The position numbers were made by a program, and so were the translations under genes. This document shows, one piece after another, positions 57,930 to 64,000 of a stretch of DNA of 64,000 nucleotides. The notes under the pieces were generated by a model, which worked only from the letters and a program-made list of their open reading frames with translations, was not told where the DNA came from and ran no database searches. Source of the stretch: Flavobacteriaceae bacterium. GTDB taxonomy: Bacteria > Bacteroidota > Bacteroidia > Flavobacteriales > Flavobacteriaceae. Numbering within the stretch: the first letter of the stretch is position 1; the number at the start of each line of letters is the position of its first letter. The stretch lies in contig JBMHCX010000016.1 of the NCBI GenBank assembly GCA_049889695.1, positions 32,810-96,809 of the forward strand, read 5' to 3'.

Positions 57930-58520
57930 GTGAAAATGAAGATAATATTTACATCCTTAGCACTTTTGTTGAGTATATGGTGTCAGGCGCAAGGAATTGA
58001 AAAGATTCAAATTCCTCCTTCCGAAGCATCCATCTACAGGCTTTCCCAAAACAATTTCAATCAAGTGATGATTAAAAACACCTCTGATCTATCCATACAA
58101 GTTGAGATTTTTCAGCAGGGGTCTGATCAAAAATCGGGAGGTTTCGGTCTGTCGGCCAAGGGAAAGACTGCTGTAGACCTAGATGAAGACAAATATCTTC
58201 GTTTGGTGAATAACAATCCGACTGCTGTGATTTTGGAGTTGAAACAACGCAAGCAAAAACAGCAAAAAGAGTTAAATGAAGAACGTCGCATACAACTGAC
58301 GCTATTGAACTCATCTGCTCGTTCAATTCCCTTGATTATTCCTACGGTAATGAACCCTAACCTTTTGCCCTTTTCTAGGAGTGGTGTGTCTTTGACCCTC
58401 GGGCAAAAAATATACCTCAAAAAAAGGATGCGTCGTCAGCTTCTTTTTGAAGTGACTGACAGTTTAGCCCAGGGGACTGAAATAGATATCTCAGAGCTAG
58501 TCAGTGCCTTAAACCCATAG
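57930..58520 (+). CDS. Hypothetical secreted protein
   Basis: Signal peptide MKMKIIFTSLALLLSIWCQAQG. Two beta-rich halves are separated by a Lys/Gln-rich linker. The start is GTG 57930 or ATG 57936. Confidence 0.55.
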   Translation: MKMKIIFTSLALLLSIWCQAQGIEKIQIPPSEASIYRLSQNNFNQVMIKNTSDLSIQVEIFQQGSDQKSGGFGLSAKGKTAVDLDEDKYLRLVNNNPTAVILELKQRKQKQQKELNEERRIQLTLLNSSARSIPLIIPTVMNPNLLPFSRSGVSLTLGQKIYLKKRMRRQLLFEVTDSLAQGTEIDISELVSALNP

Positions 58521-58534
58521 AGCTTCCCTACAAG

Positions 58535-61500
58535 CTAGTATACCTTACCAGTTCCTTTTGCACTACCACAGCTAAAGGCCGCTTGATTGGTCCCATTGAA
58601 CATGTCTTGGACGGCACGCTGGAAATTTCGTTTAGGATCTAAGTTATCCCAGCTCATGCCGTAGAGGGTAATATATTCTGTGTTACAATCGTTCGCGTTA
58701 AAAATAATTTGAGGGTTCTGATGTCTACCAGACATGATGTGATCGCCCAAGCAAACGTGTTGTAAGTTTAAAATATCATGTCCAAACTCGTGCCACATGA
58801 CTTTCATGGAAAGCGGAATATCTACGCTAAAGTCGGTCACCCGATGTTCATTCCACGCCGATTGCTTGTAACTGATTTCAATCTGATTATCGTCGCATAC
58901 CCTTGACGCATAAGCTACTGCCTGTGCCGTCCATTGACTGTCAGGAATAATATTAAAGGTGTAATTATTGGGATCGATCGAGCTAAGGTCTACCCCGTAT
59001 CGACTAGCATCCTGGATGAAAACACTGAGGTAAGAGGCCGGGTCGTTAATGTCTAACTGGCTGTAAACCGAGTCGGCATAGAATCCTATTCCTTGGAAGT
59101 TATTGACGGCGGTAAAGGGTAAATCACTCGTATTGATTTTTTCCAATAGTGTTTTGGCACGAATGTTTTGTCCATTCATAGTGGACTGGTAGTGCATTTC
59201 CAATGGATTCGTATAGCTTCGATCGGATTGCACAAAACTATCGATAGGCGTTGCCTGCAAATCAATTAGCCTTCTAAATTCACCATTGAGGTCGTTGGTA
59301 TAGAAAAAGTCCGTGAGATCCCAAACACGAGTGGCTTGCGATTCGGAAGGGAAATACAGGATGTAGCCCGCCAGTTGACCCGACTGCACCAAAAAGTATT
59401 CTACTCCGTTTTCACTCAGGTGGTTTTGCCAATTGTATTGTCCGAAACTTTGGCAGTTCAACATTTCCTCGGAATTGCTATAAGCGGTTTGTTTGCGGAG
59501 TCCTGTAGAACGATAGATCCCGTCCTGCAGGGTAGGTGTCACCGTTTGCCCATAACTAGAAAAGGCAGCATTCTGATTTAAGTCTGTTTGAACAGCACTA
59601 ATTAAGGCATCTACAGAGGCGAAGTTGGAAATGAGATAGTCACTTACAATAGAAGACCCTTGCAACAATTGTACATATAGCAACTGATCATTATCATCGT
59701 TGTACCAAAAGTTTAGTTCATATTGGCTTAAGGCACTATTCACTGAACTAATGATGGAAAAACGCGCATCTATAAGTTCTGTACTCACCACTTGAATACC
59801 CGTCGTAGATCCTCCAAAAAAGCTTGTATACCAGTTTAGGATAGAACTTCCTTGTTGTAGGGAGCTTTGTTTGTAATAGATGTTCCTTCCGCCAAAAGGA
59901 ATGGGTTGGCACCCATTGGAAGTAACCGTATTGACGAATCCACTATACAAATCAAAACTAATGGTGGGGGTCGCTGGAGGGGTATTGGTCTGTGGAAAGC
60001 TACTGGCGTCTTTAGGATCGGTTCCAGCATTGAGCTCTGCTTGATCTGTATATCCGTCGTTGTCATCGTCTGTATCGGCTGGATCTGCAATTCCGTCCTG
60101 ATCGAAATCAGGGAAACTCATAGCATCTAGCGGATCTGTTCCGGCTGTATTTTCATCGACATCCGAGACACCATCGTTGTCATCGTCCGTATCGAATTCA
60201 TTAGCAATACCATCTCCATCTAAATCGGCGATCATGAGGCGCGCTCCTTTAACGATTTTATAAGCACGAGGAGGATTTCCAACGGCATTTCCCTGCCCGT
60301 CATAAACGGCGACTACGATCACATTGGTGCCCGTGCGGCTTTGGATGTGAAGTTGTCCTTGGGCCCAGTGGATTTGTGTATTAGAAGCGGCCATGCTGTA
60401 AGCTGCTGTGTTTTGGGTCGGATTAGCCGTACAGTTAGTAGCATCGCTATTGAGTGCTCTTTTTCCGTCCACTAGATTTCCATTGGCTTGGAAGGTGTAA
60501 AACATATAAGCTTCTCCACAGTTGGGGACAGTAAATGTTGTTTGGATGTTTCCTTGGCCATCCAAATCGTAGAGCTGTGTAACATTCCAGTTTCCTTGAA
60601 GTTCAGCAGCTGAAATTGAACGAGGGTCAGGAATAGAGGCTGCGTTTTTAGGATTAGACCCTAATTCCTGTTCCAAAAGATCGGAATAGGTGTCGTTATC
60701 ATCATCTGGGTCCATGTCATCGAAGATTCCATCTCCATCAAAATCTAAATATCGAGCTTCACGCACTAATTTATAGCCGAGTACTTGTCCCTGATGAGTT
60801 CTCAATTGACCATTATCTTCAATTTTCACAACCAGACTGTTGTTTTCCAAAGGTCGGATAAGTATGAGTTGGGTATTGCTGTTTTGATGAGAATACGCAA
60901 TAATATTTCCTTCATTTTTAAGCGTATAGCTGGTGTTGACTGCCTGAGTTGGTGAGCCAGTACAGCTACTCCCTCCAAGGGTAAATGGACGTTGTTGGAA
61001 AGTTATTTGGTTGTTGGCACCAAATTCAAAATAATTAGAGGCCATTCCGCAATTGGGGGTGGAATAGATTTGTTCTATCTCGTCAGTAGCATTGAGCTCA
61101 TATACTTCACGCATGTTCCAATTACCATTTAAGTCATTTGCCGAAATACGGGGAAGACTAATGGTATTCGAAACAATGGAAGAAACCACATCTCCAATAG
61201 GATCGTCATTATCGGTGTCCTCAGGAGTACTTTGTTGGGTAGGTTCAAGAAGCCCCTCGTTGGTATAGTCGAGGTTTGTTTGGGTACTTTGTGAGTTGAC
61301 ATTGATCCCCGCACCCAATTGAAGCTCATTTTCTACAGGGTTATCTCCCGGGTTTTGGGTAACTGCAGCGGCAGTTCCTGAAAATGCTTGGGTAGAGCCA
61401 AAGCTAATACCACTAAAATAGAGTGCATTACCGATCAGGAAACTATTGTTCGAAAAGATCAATACCCGAGCTACAAAAGCCGTTCGCTGTCCAGAAGCAT

Positions 61501-62152
61501 TCCAAAATTGAAAGTAACAATTCAGGCCATAGTCGATGGTGATAACCAATCTATTAAAGTTGGTTTTACTGCTGGCTCCCCCTAGATCTATATCCCAGCT
61601 GCCGACTAATTTTTGAGCGAGCTCGAAATTAAAATTGGCCTGGATGTCTAATGCTTCATCCACGGTAATTTGTTTTACTGCAGTAGTGTCGCTTAGTACA
61701 TTATTCCAATGTTGGAAAACATGACCTGCTTCAGGGAGTGCAGTTAGTCGGAGTTGCGTTCCAGCACCGAAGATGGGGCCCGTATTGGACTCTCCAACTT
61801 CTAAATTTTCAACTCTAATACTTCCTTCTCCTGTTACCCCAAGATTCAGGCGGTATTCTATTCTTCTAAATACGGGGACCAGATTGAGGTCTTCTTCTAT
61901 GGTTAGGGTAAGCGGATTACTGGTATATTGAGCTCCAGTTAACAGATTACCCCACGCAACAAATTCATAATTTTCATCTGGAATTGCGGTAAAAGTGACC
62001 GATGTCCCTTCCGCCAACACGCCCGTCTGACCGGTAGCAGAACCATTTTCAATTAACGGTGATATGGCCACATTGTAAGTGATGTCTTCTTTTTTACACC
62101 CTGAAAATAGGCAGACGATGAGCGTGAAATACCCTAAAAATTTTGCTTTCAT
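58535..62152 (-). CDS. Large mosaic cell-surface lipoprotein: InlB-B-repeat-like repeats, duplicated lipocalin-like modules, TSP type 3 calcium-binding repeats and a C-terminal HEFGH metzincin-like domain
   Basis: Lipobox LFSGC followed by KKED. It also has D-x-D-x-D-G repeats and a single HEFGHDILNLQH (nt 58757-58792). See findings. Confidence 0.8.
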   Translation of the reverse strand: MKAKFLGYFTLIVCLFSGCKKEDITYNVAISPLIENGSATGQTGVLAEGTSVTFTAIPDENYEFVAWGNLLTGAQYTSNPLTLTIEEDLNLVPVFRRIEYRLNLGVTGEGSIRVENLEVGESNTGPIFGAGTQLRLTALPEAGHVFQHWNNVLSDTTAVKQITVDEALDIQANFNFELAQKLVGSWDIDLGGASSKTNFNRLVITIDYGLNCYFQFWNASGQRTAFVARVLIFSNNSFLIGNALYFSGISFGSTQAFSGTAAAVTQNPGDNPVENELQLGAGINVNSQSTQTNLDYTNEGLLEPTQQSTPEDTDNDDPIGDVVSSIVSNTISLPRISANDLNGNWNMREVYELNATDEIEQIYSTPNCGMASNYFEFGANNQITFQQRPFTLGGSSCTGSPTQAVNTSYTLKNEGNIIAYSHQNSNTQLILIRPLENNSLVVKIEDNGQLRTHQGQVLGYKLVREARYLDFDGDGIFDDMDPDDDNDTYSDLLEQELGSNPKNAASIPDPRSISAAELQGNWNVTQLYDLDGQGNIQTTFTVPNCGEAYMFYTFQANGNLVDGKRALNSDATNCTANPTQNTAAYSMAASNTQIHWAQGQLHIQSRTGTNVIVVAVYDGQGNAVGNPPRAYKIVKGARLMIADLDGDGIANEFDTDDDNDGVSDVDENTAGTDPLDAMSFPDFDQDGIADPADTDDDNDGYTDQAELNAGTDPKDASSFPQTNTPPATPTISFDLYSGFVNTVTSNGCQPIPFGGRNIYYKQSSLQQGSSILNWYTSFFGGSTTGIQVVSTELIDARFSIISSVNSALSQYELNFWYNDDNDQLLYVQLLQGSSIVSDYLISNFASVDALISAVQTDLNQNAAFSSYGQTVTPTLQDGIYRSTGLRKQTAYSNSEEMLNCQSFGQYNWQNHLSENGVEYFLVQSGQLAGYILYFPSESQATRVWDLTDFFYTNDLNGEFRRLIDLQATPIDSFVQSDRSYTNPLEMHYQSTMNGQNIRAKTLLEKINTSDLPFTAVNNFQGIGFYADSVYSQLDINDPASYLSVFIQDASRYGVDLSSIDPNNYTFNIIPDSQWTAQAVAYASRVCDDNQIEISYKQSAWNEHRVTDFSVDIPLSMKVMWHEFGHDILNLQHVCLGDHIMSGRHQNPQIIFNANDCNTEYITLYGMSWDNLDPKRNFQRAVQDMFNGTNQAAFSCGSAKGTGKVY

Positions 62153-62174
62153 GTACTATAATTTCCCCTTAATA

Positions 62175-62182
62175 CAAAAGTA
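62175..62182 (-). promoter_or_regulatory. Candidate -7 box TActTTTG for the large lipoprotein gene
   Basis: The minus strand reads TACTTTTG about 22 nt upstream of ATG 62152. Confidence 0.4.
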
Positions 62183-62236
62183 AAAAGTTTAGGAATTGCA
62201 TTTGCCTTTTAGTTTAACTTATTTACTTTTAAGTAT

Positions 62237-62623
62237 ATGGATAAAGTCAAATGGTTCGGAATTCTTCTATCCCTTGGCGTATTTGCCTTTTTGGGAGTAG
62301 CCGTTCTCTGGGAGGCTACTATGAGCACTCACATGGATGGATTTATTCCTTTTTTGGCTGTTGGAATTTGGGCAGTAGTTGGTTGGCTTTGCACCTATAT
62401 TCTACGTCATCTAAAACAATCTCCCGCGCCTGTCGTCAGCCTTTGGATTTTAGGATTTTATGGGCTGTTTGGGTTCAATCTATTGGTCGAAGCTTTTGTC
62501 TTACCCTATTTCGGATGGGATAACACGCCTGATAATGATTGGTATTTTCAGTTGTGGTGGGTCATCGTATTGTTATGGGCGTTTTTGGGTCCTTTTTGGA
62601 TGAAAAAGAAGTTGAGAAGCTAG
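62237..62623 (+). CDS. Hypothetical four-TM membrane protein
   Basis: 128 aa with four hydrophobic, Trp-rich segments. No motif recognised. Confidence 0.5.
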   Translation: MDKVKWFGILLSLGVFAFLGVAVLWEATMSTHMDGFIPFLAVGIWAVVGWLCTYILRHLKQSPAPVVSLWILGFYGLFGFNLLVEAFVLPYFGWDNTPDNDWYFQLWWVIVLLWAFLGPFWMKKKLRS

Positions 62624-62695
62624 GATGTTCGGAGGTCTTGCTTAGGCGGGAAACCCCTACAAGAGGCTATTTTTTGTATCTTCTACATCAAAAAC

Positions 62696-64000
62696 ATGAG
62701 CGAGAGAACCGATATTATTATTGTAGGTGCTGGTTTGTCTGGGATAGGTGCGGCCTGTCATTTGGAACGTTTAAATCCCGATAAGAGCTATCGCGTCCTA
62801 GAAGCAAGATCCTCTTTAGGAGGTACATGGAGTCTGTTTAAATATCCGGGGATACGATCCGATTCGGACATGTATACTTTTGGCTATTCCTTCAAAACTT
62901 GGGAAAATCCCAAATCCTTTGCAGACGCCCCGAGTATACTTTCCTACTTACGAGAAGCGGTAGATGAATATCAGCTCGAGGACAAAATTCAATACCAAAC
63001 CAAACTTAAAAAAGCACATTTCGACACTTCCACTGCTACTTGGGAACTCCAATGCGAGCATTTGCCATCTGGAGACATCCAGCTATTTACTTCCAAATAT
63101 CTATTTATCTGTACAGGCTACTACAATTACACCAACGGCTATACTCCTTCATTTGTAGACAGTGAGTTGTTTACAGGGAAGCTTATCCATCCGCAACATT
63201 GGCCTGAGGATTTAGATTATCAACAGAAAAAAGTAGTCGTCATCGGCAGTGGAGCAACAGCTGTCACGATTGTTCCTAAGATGGCGGAAAAAGCTCAGAA
63301 AGTGTCCATGTTACAACGCTCTCCCACCTATGTAGGGGCATTTCCAAATCGAGATTCGATAGCTTTAAGCATAAAGAAGATCCTGCCACAAAGGCTTGCT
63401 CACAAGGTCATCCGATTGAAGAATATAAGTACGCAAATCCTATTTTTTCAAGCGTGTAAAATCTGGCCTAAAACACTCAAAAAACTTTTAGTGAAAGGAG
63501 CACAAAAGCAACTTGGAGATTTTCCTGCCCAGCCGCATTTCGAACCCCATTACAATCCATGGGATCAACGATTTTGTGTCGCTCCTGACGGGGATCTTTT
63601 TGCTGCCATACGTTCAGGAAAAGCGGATGTGGTTACGGCAACAATCGATCGCTTTGTCCCCGAGGGTATACTCTTGACATCAGGAGAGAAAATTGAAGCA
63701 GACATTATTGTAACCGCTACCGGACTTCAACTTTTAGCTTTTGGAGGAGCGGAGATTTCTGTGGATGATACGCCCTTTGACATGGCTAATAGTTTGGCCT
63801 ATCGTGGACTAATGCTCAGCAACCTCCCCAACTGCATATTTTTTGCGGGTTATACCAATGCCTCTTGGACCCTTAAAAGCGATCTGACCAGTGCATATGC
63901 CAGCAGGATATTAAAGTATATGGACCGAAAAAAGTTCAAGCTATTTTATCCAAAAGTGACCGATAAAGATTTGAAAACAATCCCCTTGTTAAATCTTAAT
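62696..64000 (+). CDS. Class B flavoprotein monooxygenase (Baeyer-Villiger / EthA-like); the 3' end lies outside the window
   Basis: The frame is open from ATG 62696 to the window edge (435 codons), so the ORF is absent from the ORF track. It has IIIVGAGLSGIG (FAD), the BVMO fingerprint FTGKLIHPQHWP (nt 63170-63205) and VIGSGATA (NADP). Confidence 0.85.
   Translation, partial: MSERTDIIIVGAGLSGIGAACHLERLNPDKSYRVLEARSSLGGTWSLFKYPGIRSDSDMYTFGYSFKTWENPKSFADAPSILSYLREAVDEYQLEDKIQYQTKLKKAHFDTSTATWELQCEHLPSGDIQLFTSKYLFICTGYYNYTNGYTPSFVDSELFTGKLIHPQHWPEDLDYQQKKVVVIGSGATAVTIVPKMAEKAQKVSMLQRSPTYVGAFPNRDSIALSIKKILPQRLAHKVIRLKNISTQILFFQACKIWPKTLKKLLVKGAQKQLGDFPAQPHFEPHYNPWDQRFCVAPDGDLFAAIRSGKADVVTATIDRFVPEGILLTSGEKIEADIIVTATGLQLLAFGGAEISVDDTPFDMANSLAYRGLMLSNLPNCIFFAGYTNASWTLKSDLTSAYASRILKYMDRKKFKLFYPKVTDKDLKTIPLLNLN

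Overview
This window reads as a core chromosomal segment of a Bacteroidota (Flavobacteriia-like) genome, and I found no convincing novel multi-gene system in it. The phylum assignment rests on three things: TAnnTTTG -7 promoter boxes upstream of many genes, almost no Shine-Dalgarno sequences, and phylum-typical synteny. The syntenic blocks are ileS-dksA-lspA, DUF4270/short glycogen synthase divergent from panCD, yceD-rpmF-fabH-accB-accC, and an atpD-atpC pair split from the rest of the atp operon. About 55 tightly packed protein genes are supported. Most are housekeeping: replication and repair (radA, recO, recJ, uvrC, recX), translation (ileS, rpmF, rsmI), central and cofactor metabolism (gdhA, pgi, asd, alr, tdk, panCD, pdxA, ribE, accBC, fabH), three TonB-dependent receptors and envelope proteins. 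I see no rRNA, tRNA, CRISPR array, transposase, integrase, phage gene or recognisable defense gene. The accessory-looking part is roughly 48.8-62.7 kb. The items there worth follow-up are: (1) a 1205-aa mosaic surface lipoprotein ending in an off-register HEFGH metzincin-like domain; (2) a coiled-coil lipoprotein built from the same lipocalin-like module; (3) a tiny promoter-to-terminator unit carrying a 10-12 nt perfect Shine-Dalgarno sequence, anomalous for this phylum, in front of a 21-codon ORF; (4) three translationally coupled mini-ORFs missing from the ORF track; (5) a structured 257-nt gap upstream of rsmI. All calls come from reading translations and motifs by eye, without database searches.
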